Below are positions 1 to 8,763 of a stretch of DNA of 37,111 nucleotides, in pieces. The notes beneath the pieces were generated by a model. It made no database searches and had not been told where the DNA came from. It saw only the letters and a list, made by a program, of their open reading frames with translations. The translations under genes and the position numbers were made by a program. Position 1 is the first letter of the stretch, and each line of letters starts with the position of its first letter. Origin of the DNA: an uncultured Rhizobiaceae group bacterium (GTDB taxonomy: Bacteria > Pseudomonadota > Alphaproteobacteria > Rhizobiales > Rhizobiaceae); contig CALLHT010000194.1 in assembly GCA_938009335.1 (NCBI GenBank), positions 1-37,111 on the forward strand, read 5' to 3'.

Positions 1-261
1 TTCCAACGAGCGCACAGCCTGAGTTTGAACGATTTCCTTGTTTGCATCCCGCCCAATCAGCCAAAGGCCCTTTACGTCCTCAATGTCGGATTCAATTGGT
101 TTGAAAATCGGATCAAGCGCTTGCTCGCGGTCGCTGTCAGAAGAGAGATAATTAAAAACCTCAAAATCAGTGCCGGTTTGTAGCTCCACCCCAAGATGCG
201 CAATCAGTTCTTTACAGCGATCAGCGACCTGCTGAACGTTTAATAAATTTGCGGTATGCAT
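1..261 (-). CDS. hypothetical protein, 5' portion only (runs off the window start)
   Basis: ATG at 261 on the minus strand opens an 87-codon frame with no stop down to position 1 (MHTANLLNVQQVADRCKELIAHLGVELQTGTDFEVF...). It is absent from the ORF track because it is truncated. No family recognised by eye. Confidence 0.35.
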   Translation of the reverse strand, partial: MHTANLLNVQQVADRCKELIAHLGVELQTGTDFEVFNYLSSDSDREQALDPIFKPIESDIEDVKGLWLIGRDANKEIVQTQAVRSLE

Positions 262-330
262 CACAAAAAAGCCCACACACTTTTTTGTCCCTTCGCTCCC
301 TGCATTTGCTTTGGGACTGTTTCGTTTAAC

Positions 331-1197
331 CTATGGCGAGAACTCCATAAGCAGCTCCTCGGATATCAAAGGTATTTCCCCCACATCCAAATTTCCGAAA
401 TCCAACTGGTTTGTCCTTGCTACCATTGCACCTAAAACGGGCTCGCCATCTGGCAAAAGCAGCGGCAGCAGAAGACGTTGGTAGTTGACTGTTTCCAGCT
501 CATCCCGACCATCTCGTGAATAGGCAGAGTGGATATGATCGTATCGGGGAGCACCCGATGTCATGACTGAGTCGTAAGCTGACAAAACAAACTTGTGATC
601 GAATAGGTTACTCTCATCATCACCAATGATTTTTCCAACAGCACTTTGTGCCCATGTCAGCCCAAGCCAAGAGACGAAAGAAGACTTTTGCCCCACAAAT
701 GTGCAAAGCCAGTTGCCGCGCGATTTGCGATAAATCAACAAATAGTCTCGCAGTGCCTCAAAGGCATCGCTTTCGAGGCGAGCCTGCGAACGGCACCATG
801 CAGAAAGCGAGGACGACAATAATGGGGTAGGGCAATCCCATACTTTCACCAATTCGTGCTGTTGTAGGTAGTAAACAAAATTATTTTCCGGAGAATTAAA
901 TTGGACCGATTTCAGTTCAGACGAAGATGCGTATTGATCTTCAACCCAGTCGTCCATGTTTGATACAAGCTCTTTTGCCCCCGAAATCCGTCTTTCGCCA
1001 ATATTAGTCAGATGGTATTGACGGTTTCTAACCTCAAAAAGCGGGCCTCCAGCGATGATTTCGAGGTCATCCAAGTGTCGACGAATGGTTTGTCTGGTGA
1101 AACCCAGGTGTTCAACAGCTTTCGATATGTTCAGGGTATCAGCCACTGAAACAAAAGAACGGAGCATTTCATAAATTACAGAAGGCGTTCTAGTCAT
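331..1197 (-). CDS. LysR-type HTH transcriptional regulator (N-terminal domain); C-terminal sensor domain not recognised
   Basis: The N-terminus LRSFVSVADTLNISKAVEHLGFTRQTIRRHLDDLEIIAGGPLFEVRNRQYHLTNIGE fits the LTTR winged-HTH pattern. The tracked start at 1254 is TTG; the in-frame ATG at 1197 (MTRTPSV...) places the HTH at the usual distance from the N-terminus. Confidence 0.65.
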   Translation of the reverse strand: MTRTPSVIYEMLRSFVSVADTLNISKAVEHLGFTRQTIRRHLDDLEIIAGGPLFEVRNRQYHLTNIGERRISGAKELVSNMDDWVEDQYASSSELKSVQFNSPENNFVYYLQQHELVKVWDCPTPLLSSSLSAWCRSQARLESDAFEALRDYLLIYRKSRGNWLCTFVGQKSSFVSWLGLTWAQSAVGKIIGDDESNLFDHKFVLSAYDSVMTSGAPRYDHIHSAYSRDGRDELETVNYQRLLLPLLLPDGEPVLGAMVARTNQLDFGNLDVGEIPLISEELLMEFSP

Positions 1198-1420
1198 GGT
1201 GTTCTTCAAATTCCGACCCAGCCCGCCAAGCTGAACAAATATGGTGGCGGGCAATAATAAAAATCACATCATTAGGGAAGAAATTTATAACAACTTAAAA
1301 GCGCAGTCCATACAAATACGTGTATTGGTCGAAAAAATATCGTTTAAGTTGTTAAATGTGGCGAAGGTTGACCTCAAAGCGGTTTCTGAACAGCTTTTAG
1401 AAAACGTCCGAGCGTTACTG

Positions 1421-3337
1421 TTAAGCCATTACAAAGCCGGCTTGTCGCAAGTCCATGGCGGAAAGCGCTTGCTTTACAATGCCTCCGCAATCGAGTTCCG
1501 CTTGCTCGATCATTCTGGCGGGAGACATTTGGTCCATGTATACATCAGGCATTGTCATCGTTCTGATTTTCAAACCTTTATCCAAAAGGCCTTGGCTTGC
1601 TAAATGATGTAAGACCATAGATCCAAAACCGCCGGTTGAACCCTCTTCTACCGTAATCAAGAGTGAGTGTTCACGCGCCAGTTGCTCGCACAGTTCAGTA
1701 TCCAGCGGTTTGGCGAAACGCGCATCAGCCACCGTTGTTGAAAGCCCATGGGTTTCAAGTTGATCTGCTGCGGCAAGGCAATCTTGTAATCTTGAACCGA
1801 AGGAAAGAAGCGCGATCTTGTCGCCTTCTTTAACAATGCGCCCTTTGCCTATTTCCAATATGCTACCGCGTTCCGGCATATCCACGCCAACGCCTTCTCC
1901 CCGAGGATACCGGAATGCAATGGGTCCCTCGTCAAAGGCCGCAGCGGTTGCGACCATGTGTTTAAGCTCTGCCTCATCCGATGCCGCCATGATGGTAAAG
2001 CCCGGAAGACAGCTTAAATAAGCAACGTCAAATGATCCCGCATGTGTTGCCCCGTCAGCGCCGACAAACCCTGCGCGATCAATTGGGAACCGCACGGGCA
2101 ATTGCTGGATAGATACATCATGCACGATCTGATCATAAGCGCGCTGGAGGAAGGTCGAGTAAATCGCGCAAAACGGCTTATACCCTTCGGACGCCATGCC
2201 CGCTGCAAACGTTACCGCGTGTTGTTCCGCAATGCCCACATCATAGGTGCGCTCCGGAAACGCTTTCTGAAAAATATCGATACCTGTACCAGAAGGCATG
2301 GCTGCTGTTATGCCGACCACGGTTTCGTCGTCTTCGGCTTCTTGCACAAGCGATTGGCCAAATACTTTGGTGTAGGACGGCACATTCGCAGCCGACTTTT
2401 GTTGCTTGCCATTGATTACGTTGAACTTGGAGACAGCATGCAATTTGCAGGAGGCTTCTTCGGCAGGCGCGTAGCCTTTACCTTTTTCTGTTACGATATG
2501 AAGAAGGATCGGACCTTGCTTGCTATCGCGTAGGTTTTCTAACAGGGGCACAAGCGCATCAAGATTATGGCCGTCAACGGGGCCGACATAATAGAAGCCC
2601 AGTTCTTCAAACATTGTGCCATTGTTGAAGAAATTCCGCGTGTATTCTTCCGTTTTACGTGCGCTTTCCTGAATAAACTTTGGCATGCGCTGATTGATCT
2701 GTTTTGCACCCTCACGAATAGAGCGATAGGTTTTACCTGATACAAGTCGAGCAAGGTAATGGCTCATTGCACCCGTTGGCGGCGCAATAGACATGTCGTT
2801 GTCGTTCAAAATCACGATCTGCCGCGCGTCCATGCCTCCGGCATTGTTCATGGCTTCATAGGCCATACCCGCTGTGATTGCACCATCACCGATAACCGAA
2901 ATCACATTGCGTTTTTCACCAGCAAGACGCGAGGCTTCAACCATGCCAAGGCCAGCGGAAATCGACGTCGAAGAATGCGCGGCACCGAATGGATCGTATT
3001 CACTTTCAGCGCGTTTGGTGAAGCCTGAGAGACCTTTTTCCTGCCGTAGTGTGCGAATGCGATCCCGACGACCTGTCAGAATCTTGTGTGGGTAACACTG
3101 ATGACCCACGTCCCAAATGATGCGGTCATGCGGGGTTTCAAACACATAGTGTAGCGCGACCGTAAGCTCCACGACACCCAGTCCGGCACCCAAATGTCCA
3201 CCGGTTACGGACACCGCATCGATCAGTTCTGTTCTCAATTCTTCTGCAAGAGTGGTAAGTTCTTGTCGCTCGCGCCGCCTCAAATCCGCTGGCACTTTTA
3301 TCTTATCCAGTAGTGGCGTTTTGGATTGCTGCGACAT
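1421..3337 (-). CDS. dxs: 1-deoxy-D-xylulose-5-phosphate synthase
   Basis: Typical Dxs N-terminus ([15 protein letters not shown]...[37 protein letters not shown]) and ThDP motif ([18 protein letters not shown]). ATG at 3337 (MSQQSK) is preceded by AAGGGAGG; the tracked start at 3364 is probably too long. Confidence 0.95.
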   Translation of the reverse strand: MSQQSKTPLLDKIKVPADLRRRERQELTTLAEELRTELIDAVSVTGGHLGAGLGVVELTVALHYVFETPHDRIIWDVGHQCYPHKILTGRRDRIRTLRQEKGLSGFTKRAESEYDPFGAAHSSTSISAGLGMVEASRLAGEKRNVISVIGDGAITAGMAYEAMNNAGGMDARQIVILNDNDMSIAPPTGAMSHYLARLVSGKTYRSIREGAKQINQRMPKFIQESARKTEEYTRNFFNNGTMFEELGFYYVGPVDGHNLDALVPLLENLRDSKQGPILLHIVTEKGKGYAPAEEASCKLHAVSKFNVINGKQQKSAANVPSYTKVFGQSLVQEAEDDETVVGITAAMPSGTGIDIFQKAFPERTYDVGIAEQHAVTFAAGMASEGYKPFCAIYSTFLQRAYDQIVHDVSIQQLPVRFPIDRAGFVGADGATHAGSFDVAYLSCLPGFTIMAASDEAELKHMVATAAAFDEGPIAFRYPRGEGVGVDMPERGSILEIGKGRIVKEGDKIALLSFGSRLQDCLAAADQLETHGLSTTVADARFAKPLDTELCEQLAREHSLLITVEEGSTGGFGSMVLHHLASQGLLDKGLKIRTMTMPDVYMDQMSPARMIEQAELDCGGIVKQALSAMDLRQAGFVMA

Positions 3338-3389
3338 GGGACCTCCCTTACGTCCATACCTCAAACATAATAAGAATGGACAACTATTG

Positions 3390-3407
3390 TGTCCAAATTA
3401 TTAGACA
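3390..3407. promoter_or_regulatory. PpsR/CrtJ-type operator palindrome TGTCCAAATTATTAGACA (TGT-N12-ACA) upstream of dxs
   Basis: Exact TGT-N12-ACA in the bciB-dxs spacer. On the minus strand it overlaps a -10-like TAATAA (3398-3403) lying 16 nt from a -35-like TTGCCA (3420-3425). Confidence 0.6.
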
Positions 3408-3428
3408 TAATTTGATGTTTGGCAAGGC

Positions 3429-4640
3429 TTACTCGTGGTCGGATTTGCTTAGGCCATAGGATTCGGCAAGGTTCCAAACGTGTTCCGGGACCAAATTCTT
3501 GACTTTTGCCGGTTGTTTTCTGCGCAAGTGCAGAATGGTCTCCACTGCCTTCATCTCAACGCGTGTACGGGCAAATTCCAGTCCCTTTGGCCCGATCTTT
3601 GGCATAAGCCAGGCAACGATAGGGCGGACAAACTCCGGCATGGTTCGCAAGGGTAAGCCGTTTACAGAATTTTCCACATTGGCCTTGAAGCCCTCAACAT
3701 GTTTGCGGCGTTTACCAGAACTTCGCAAAGGCTTTGTTTCTAAATCATCGTTGAGAAGAGCAAGTAGTTCAGCGCCGCGTTCATTTCGCACGATCAACCA
3801 TTGGTCGCCTTCGCCCGCCATATATCCGACGGTGATGTCAGCAAGCGAGTTGGTGTAATCAACGCAAGTTTGGCAGGTGAGCGGGAAGAAGTCTCCTGGT
3901 AACTTGGAAATGGGGAGTTTCAGAAATGGAATTTCCTGCCTCCGGCCATCATCAAACCGCAGCTCGACCTTATAGTCAGCGCGAAATTCCAGATAGTTTA
4001 TGGTTTCTGGCTGTTCACTCAGCAGCGCCAGAAACTGGTGAAAATTCGCTGTTGTTGTGTTGTCTGAACATGGGGTGCCAATCACGTATAACCGTTCTAA
4101 CCCAAGTTCTTTTTCTAAGGATCGCAGCGCATAGACCTGACACGGTATGCCAATGAAGGCGATGCGTTTGTGTCCCGCTTCAATGGCAGGCTCTAACAGG
4201 GCAAGGCTTGGTGCGTATCCCATTCGCATACCACGGCAGTGCTTCATTTCTTCTGGATCGGTAACCAGAACGGGCTGCGGTTTCCATCGATCAAGTTCGT
4301 GTGGTTTGACCGCGATAACAGCATCGACTTTGCCGCTTTCTAAAAGCCTTTTGCCAATTTCAGACGTAATGCCAGTCCATTGCGCGCCTTCCCGATGGCG
4401 CTTTAACCCGGCGCGATGCATGGAAAGAAACGGACCAAAAAAGGCTTCGTCCGGTTGCAGTGAGGCGTTGCGAATACGCCCATGCACCTGCTTTTCCAAC
4501 TTTGGGTAATTGGGTTTAATAAATTGACATGCCTTGCCGCAGCGCTCAGGCTTTGACGTTCTGGATATCCCGCAATCGGTGCACATTGCCCGATGCGGCG
4601 CATCCGTTCCGGTTGGGTGATCTGTCAGCTTGTCTAACAT
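3429..4640 (-). CDS. bciB: FrhB/F420-hydrogenase-beta-like Fe-S flavoprotein, most likely ferredoxin-dependent 8-vinyl (bacterio)chlorophyllide reductase BciB
   Basis: N-terminal Cys cluster CTDCGISRTSKPERCGKAC, about 400 aa, FrhB-like fold, PGC context, divergent from bchI. ATG at 4640 (MLDKLTDHP...) is preferred over the tracked 4733, which would consume the divergent promoter. Confidence 0.65.
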   Translation of the reverse strand: MLDKLTDHPTGTDAPHRAMCTDCGISRTSKPERCGKACQFIKPNYPKLEKQVHGRIRNASLQPDEAFFGPFLSMHRAGLKRHREGAQWTGITSEIGKRLLESGKVDAVIAVKPHELDRWKPQPVLVTDPEEMKHCRGMRMGYAPSLALLEPAIEAGHKRIAFIGIPCQVYALRSLEKELGLERLYVIGTPCSDNTTTANFHQFLALLSEQPETINYLEFRADYKVELRFDDGRRQEIPFLKLPISKLPGDFFPLTCQTCVDYTNSLADITVGYMAGEGDQWLIVRNERGAELLALLNDDLETKPLRSSGKRRKHVEGFKANVENSVNGLPLRTMPEFVRPIVAWLMPKIGPKGLEFARTRVEMKAVETILHLRRKQPAKVKNLVPEHVWNLAESYGLSKSDHE

Positions 4641-4663
4641 GCCAACACTATAGGGCTTGTGTA

Positions 4664-4681
4664 TGTCAAAGAAAATAGACA
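4664..4681. promoter_or_regulatory. PpsR/CrtJ-type operator palindrome TGTCAAAGAAAATAGACA in the bciB/bchI divergent region
   Basis: Exact TGT-N12-ACA. For bchI it lies between a -35-like TTGTGT (4657-4662) and a -10-like CATAAT (4680-4685) at 17-nt spacing. Confidence 0.65.
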
Positions 4682-4735
4682 TAATAATATGTAATAAAAA
4701 TAGTGTTTTGATGTGCTGTGGAAGGGAAAGCATAC

Positions 4736-5773
4736 ATGACGCATAGAGCGGGAAACTATCCGTTTGTAGCGATTGTCGGGCAGGATGCGCTTAAGCTCGC
4801 AATCATTTTATGCGCAACAGATCAAAGTCTCGGCGGTGTTTTAGCACTAGGGGATCGCGGAACGGGTAAGACCACAGCGGTCCGAGCACTCGCAGCGCTT
4901 TTGCCTGAATTGGATACGGTCAAATCCTGCCCTTATCATTGTGATCCAGCAAACAAAGATGCCCAGTGCGAGGTTTGCGCGGGCAGTGATGCCCATGAAA
5001 TTACCGGTTTGGCTGCACCTGTGGTTGACCTGCCGCTCGGCGTTACAGAGGATCGTTTGCTGGGTGCGCTCGATCTGGAACGTGCGCTCGTTGATGGTGT
5101 AAAAGAATTTGAACCCGGATTGCTCGCAAAGGCCAATCGCGGGTTCCTCTATATTGATGAGGTCAACCTGCTTGAAGATCATCTGGTTGACGTGTTGCTA
5201 GACGTTGCCGCTTCCGGCTGGAACGTAGTCGAACGCGAAGGTCTGTCTGTAAAACACCCGGCGAAATTTGTTTTGGTCGGTAGTGGTAATCCAGAAGAAG
5301 GTGAGCTGCGGCCCCAATTGCTTGATAGATTTGGTCTTTCTGTCGATGTTGAGACGCCCTCAAACATCAAAGACCGCGTGGAAATTATTAAGCGTCGCGA
5401 TGCCTATGAACGTGACCCTAAAGCGTTTGTTAAAAAGTGGAAACAAGCCAATACAAAGCTTTCTAACCGGATTAGTAAAGCGCGCGACCTCCTACATTCT
5501 GTGCAAGTCGACGATCACATTCTGCAACTGATTGCAGAAATTTGCATCGCGCTGGGAACGGATGGTTTGCGCGGTGAATTGACGCTGATTAAAGCTGCGC
5601 GCGCGCATGCTGCCTGGAGGGGCGAAGTCTCTGTTCAGGTTTCTGACGTGAAAACCATGGCACCCCATGCGTTAAGTCATCGTCTTCGCCGTAATCCGCT
5701 GGATGATGCTCGTAGCTCGGTTCGGGTAGATCGCGTATTGGATGAGGTCTTCGCCAAGCGCGATGCCGCGTGA
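4736..5773 (+). CDS. bchI: Mg-protoporphyrin IX chelatase ATPase subunit I
   Basis: YPFVAIVGQDALKLAIILCATDQSLGGVLALGDRGTGKTTAVRALAALLPE (AAA+ Walker A). ATG at 4736 is preceded by GGAAGGGA; the tracked 4718 start is GTG. Confidence 0.95.
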   Translation: MTHRAGNYPFVAIVGQDALKLAIILCATDQSLGGVLALGDRGTGKTTAVRALAALLPELDTVKSCPYHCDPANKDAQCEVCAGSDAHEITGLAAPVVDLPLGVTEDRLLGALDLERALVDGVKEFEPGLLAKANRGFLYIDEVNLLEDHLVDVLLDVAASGWNVVEREGLSVKHPAKFVLVGSGNPEEGELRPQLLDRFGLSVDVETPSNIKDRVEIIKRRDAYERDPKAFVKKWKQANTKLSNRISKARDLLHSVQVDDHILQLIAEICIALGTDGLRGELTLIKAARAHAAWRGEVSVQVSDVKTMAPHALSHRLRRNPLDDARSSVRVDRVLDEVFAKRDAA

Positions 5774-5780
5774 GGTTCGT

Positions 5781-7589
5781 ATGGAACCCACAAACATCGA
5801 AGGTCGCGATAGTTCTCCACAAATAGAGACTGCGAATGTTTGGCAGGATGCTTTGCTCGCCATCAGGTTGATGGCTGCGAGTTTGCACAGCAAGATTGAG
5901 CCCCCCTTGGGGGTCTGCGTAAAATCCACCGCAGGTCCGGTTCTCGAACGTTGGTTAACGTGTCTCGAAAACGCGTTAGGCAGTGAAGCTGATATGATTC
6001 GCGTGCCATCTCATGTGGGCATCGATCGCCTGATTGGCGGGATTGATCTTTCTGCAACACTTGCCGCTGGAAAGCGGATTGCAGAGTCTGGACTTTTGTC
6101 AATGGCGCATGGAAATGCGTTATTGGTCACACAGCCGCAAACGCTGGAAGCGGACATGCTCTCAAGCCTGATCAGCGCAATGGACCACCAAGAGGTCATG
6201 GTTGAACGCGATGGCATAAGCGAACAGTTTCCGTCGCGTTTTTGCCCTGTTGTCGTTCATGACCCTGACGAAGAAATGCCGGCGGCTCTCTCAGATCGTC
6301 TGGCGATACACATCGACCTAACCCATGTTGATATTCGGCAGATAGAGCAAAGTGCTGACTTTACATGCAACGGTTTAGAACAGGTGCGACAGACTACGCC
6401 AACCAAAGCCGAAACTATCACATCGATTGTTGAACTCGCTGCAGCCTTCGGCATTCATTCTCTCCGTCCACCCCAACAGGCGCTATGCGTCGCGCGATTG
6501 AATGCCGAAATGCATGGCCCCGATGACTTGGTTGAAGAAGACATACTGGTCGCTTTGCGTTTGGCTCTTTTGCCCCGTGCGACCCAATTTCCTGCTGACG
6601 ATGAAGACGCGCTTCCAGACGAACAGGAGAAACAATCTCAAGATGCTCTTGATGAGGAAACAGATAATCAGGAAGCCCAAGAAAATGATATTGGCGAACT
6701 GGAAGATTTGTCGATTGAAGCGATTTTGGCAAGCCTGCCGGAGGGATTGCTGGACACGTTAAACCAGCACAAGAATGCAAACGCGCGTTCTGCTGCGGTT
6801 GGAAGAACGGGTAAATCAAAAGCCAATTTTAAGCGTGGGCGTCCAATCTCGAGCGTGCGAGGCAGACCTACTGCAAACAAACGGCTGGATATCTTGGCAA
6901 CGCTTCGCGCATCTGCTCCCTGGCAGAAGATCAGAAAAACAAACGTTTCAAGAGAACAAGCGGATGGCCCGCTTATTCGTTCGAACGATTTTCACGTCAG
7001 ACGGTTCAAGAAGCCTGCCGAAAGCACCACAATTTTTATTGTTGATGCGTCTGGTTCAACGGCAATCAACCGGCTTGGGGAAGCAAAGGGTGCGGTTGAA
7101 CTTGTTTTGTCGGAAAGTTATGCCCGTCGTGATTACGTTGCCATGATCGCGATGAAAGGCCGGGAGGCCGAAATCATATTGCCGTCCACCAGGTCGCTTG
7201 TTTTGGCAAAGCGTACATTGACCGGCCTTACGGGTGGAGGAGGGACACCGCTTGCTGATGGCTTGAGAAAGGCGCTCGCTTTGGCTCACGAAGAGCAGCG
7301 AAAGGGAAGAACGCCATCGCTTGTTGTTTTGACAGATGGCAGTGCAAACATTGATCTGGATGGAAATCCGGGTCGCGAACAAGCTCAAATCGATGCATTG
7401 AAAATGGCTCAACATGTCGCGTTTTCAGGGCTAGCGGTTGTGATCATTGATGTCAGCAAGCTTGTCGGAAGACAGGCGAAAGAAATTGCTGCCGCATGCC
7501 ATTCGCATTATGTGGCAATGCCGTTCGCCAATGCGACATCCATTTCAGAAGCGGTAAATGATCTTCAGGTCAGCGGCGCTGGAGCCTAG
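5781..7589 (+). CDS. bchD: Mg-protoporphyrin IX chelatase subunit D
   Basis: Degenerate AAA-like N-domain, an acidic/Pro-rich linker (PADDEDALPDEQEKQSQDALDEETDNQEAQEND) and a C-terminal vWA/MIDAS domain (IFIVDASGSTA). The start is ambiguous: ATG 5781 follows GAGG, ATG 5763 overlaps the bchI stop, and ATG 5742 is the tracked start. Confidence 0.9.
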   Translation: MEPTNIEGRDSSPQIETANVWQDALLAIRLMAASLHSKIEPPLGVCVKSTAGPVLERWLTCLENALGSEADMIRVPSHVGIDRLIGGIDLSATLAAGKRIAESGLLSMAHGNALLVTQPQTLEADMLSSLISAMDHQEVMVERDGISEQFPSRFCPVVVHDPDEEMPAALSDRLAIHIDLTHVDIRQIEQSADFTCNGLEQVRQTTPTKAETITSIVELAAAFGIHSLRPPQQALCVARLNAEMHGPDDLVEEDILVALRLALLPRATQFPADDEDALPDEQEKQSQDALDEETDNQEAQENDIGELEDLSIEAILASLPEGLLDTLNQHKNANARSAAVGRTGKSKANFKRGRPISSVRGRPTANKRLDILATLRASAPWQKIRKTNVSREQADGPLIRSNDFHVRRFKKPAESTTIFIVDASGSTAINRLGEAKGAVELVLSESYARRDYVAMIAMKGREAEIILPSTRSLVLAKRTLTGLTGGGGTPLADGLRKALALAHEEQRKGRTPSLVVLTDGSANIDLDGNPGREQAQIDALKMAQHVAFSGLAVVIIDVSKLVGRQAKEIAAACHSHYVAMPFANATSISEAVNDLQVSGAGA

Positions 7590-7615
7590 GGTCCAGACTC
7601 AATAAGGAGGTTATT

Positions 7616-7855
7616 TTGGTTGGAAGAAATTTACTCTGTGACAAGAAGAAAACCGCAAGAAACCTTCCGGTTTTCGAGGATTTTCGACGCATGTCACGGT
7701 GCAAAGAGCTCCAATCGTGTAGCGACACTGAAAATTTGTCCAACTGCTGCGTCAAGTCCCTTGACCGTAGCCAAGCTATGCCCTGCGGTCCTTTCCTTGC
7801 ATTTGAACAAATTTTCTTGTGCCAAAACAATCTCCTCATTGAGTATGGACCCTAA
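7616..7855 (+). CDS. candidate 79-aa Cys-rich small protein (TTG start); the alternative reading is an N-terminal extension of bchO from TTG 7620
   Basis: AAGGAGG at 7604-7610 lies 5 nt upstream of TTG 7616. The open frame MVGRNLLCDKKKTARNLPVFEDFRRMSRCKELQSCSDTENLSNCCVKSLDRSQAMPCGPFLAFEQIFLCQNNLLIEYGP has 7 Cys and balanced charge, and ends 11 nt inside bchO. No family recognised. Confidence 0.25.
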   Translation: MVGRNLLCDKKKTARNLPVFEDFRRMSRCKELQSCSDTENLSNCCVKSLDRSQAMPCGPFLAFEQIFLCQNNLLIEYGP

Positions 7856-8732
7856 TCCCGTGCAATGGAATGTTGAGAAATCGCGTTGGCCCAATTCTAA
7901 TGTAAGCAGATTTATAGAAACTGATGCTGCCAGATGGCATGTGCAGCGATTGGGTGTGGGGCCAAAGCTGCTGCTGCTCCACGGTAGCGGGGCAACCACG
8001 CATTCGTTTGATGGATTGATCGCAAACTTGAAAAATGAGTTTGAGATCATAGCTCTGGATTTGCCGGGCCATGGCTTCAGCTCTGGACTGAAACGTCTTG
8101 AACCGACTTTGCCAAACGTTGCAAGAGCGATCAGTGAAGTTCTTGAACACGAAGACTTCGAACCAGACTTGGTTATCGGCCATTCAGCGGGGGCTGCAAT
8201 CGGAGTGGAGTTAATCCATCGTGATCTCATAGCGCCAAAAGCATTGGTTGCAATCAATGGCGCCTTTTATCCGTTCCCCGGGTTTGCCGGCAGTTTTTTT
8301 CCGGCAATGGCAAAGCTGTTATTCCTGAACCCGTTCGTGCCTTCGCTATTCTCGGTCGCGGCCAGCAAAAGCAGGGTTGCTCGATTGATGGAGTCAACCG
8401 GTTCTACTTTGACCCATGAGCAAATTGGATATTATGAGCGTGCGCTTGCAAGCAGTGCGCATATCCGCGGGACACTGGCGATGATGGCGAACTGGCAACT
8501 TGAAACCATGCGAGAGAAACTAAGAAGGCTTCATGTTCCTACACAGTTGATTATTGGCGGGAATGATGGAACCATTGCGCCGGAAGCGAGCCTCGACACA
8601 GAAAAGAGCATGCAGAATTGCAGGCGTGTTGTTCTTGCGCAGTATGGCCATCTGGTTCATGAAGAGGCGCCAGAAAAGGTCGTGGATGCAGTTCGGGACT
8701 TTTGGTCGCAAACTCAAGAACAAGCTGCATAA
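7845..8732 (+). CDS. bchO: alpha/beta-hydrolase BchO (Mg-chelatase-associated accessory protein)
   Basis: FIETDAARWHVQRLGVGPKLLLLHGSGATTHSF plus the nucleophile elbow GHSAG, in the position after bchD. ATG 7845 gives the length typical of BchO; the frame stays open upstream to TTG 7620. Confidence 0.8.
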   Translation: MDPNPVQWNVEKSRWPNSNVSRFIETDAARWHVQRLGVGPKLLLLHGSGATTHSFDGLIANLKNEFEIIALDLPGHGFSSGLKRLEPTLPNVARAISEVLEHEDFEPDLVIGHSAGAAIGVELIHRDLIAPKALVAINGAFYPFPGFAGSFFPAMAKLLFLNPFVPSLFSVAASKSRVARLMESTGSTLTHEQIGYYERALASSAHIRGTLAMMANWQLETMREKLRRLHVPTQLIIGGNDGTIAPEASLDTEKSMQNCRRVVLAQYGHLVHEEAPEKVVDAVRDFWSQTQEQAA

Positions 8733-8763
8733 ACCTTGCGAAAAAATAGTTTACACTATTTAA

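Noticed and set aside
263-288. Hairpin acaaaaaag-N8-cttttttgt between the LTTR stop and the truncated downstream ORF, considered as a terminator.
   Set aside because: The stem is almost entirely A-T and the T-run forms part of the stem, so it would be thermodynamically weak. It ends 2 nt before the next ATG. It may still affect translation, but there is not enough evidence to call it.
1241-1603. 120-aa plus-strand ORF spanning the LTTR/dxs spacer and the 3' end of dxs. Dozens of similar 60-160-aa ORFs lie antisense to, or out of frame within, dxs, bciB, bchD, bchH and other genes.
   Set aside because: They lie inside or opposite strongly supported conserved genes, have no SD, and show low-complexity Arg/Ser/Cys-rich translations typical of shadow frames.
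3338-3364. Longer tracked N-termini for several genes: dxs 3364, bciB 4733, bchI 4718, crtE 14462, bchC 16539, bchY 18495, puhA 31685 and the LTTR 1254.
   Set aside because: The extensions start at GTG/TTG or run into upstream genes, operators or promoters. Internal ATGs with good SDs give lengths and N-termini matching the known families.
3412-3425. FNR/FnrL-like box TTGAT-GTTT-GGCAA upstream of dxs.
   Set aside because: Only one half-site is perfect. Its centre is about 27 nt from the predicted start site rather than the class II position near -41.5. It is more simply read as the -35 element.
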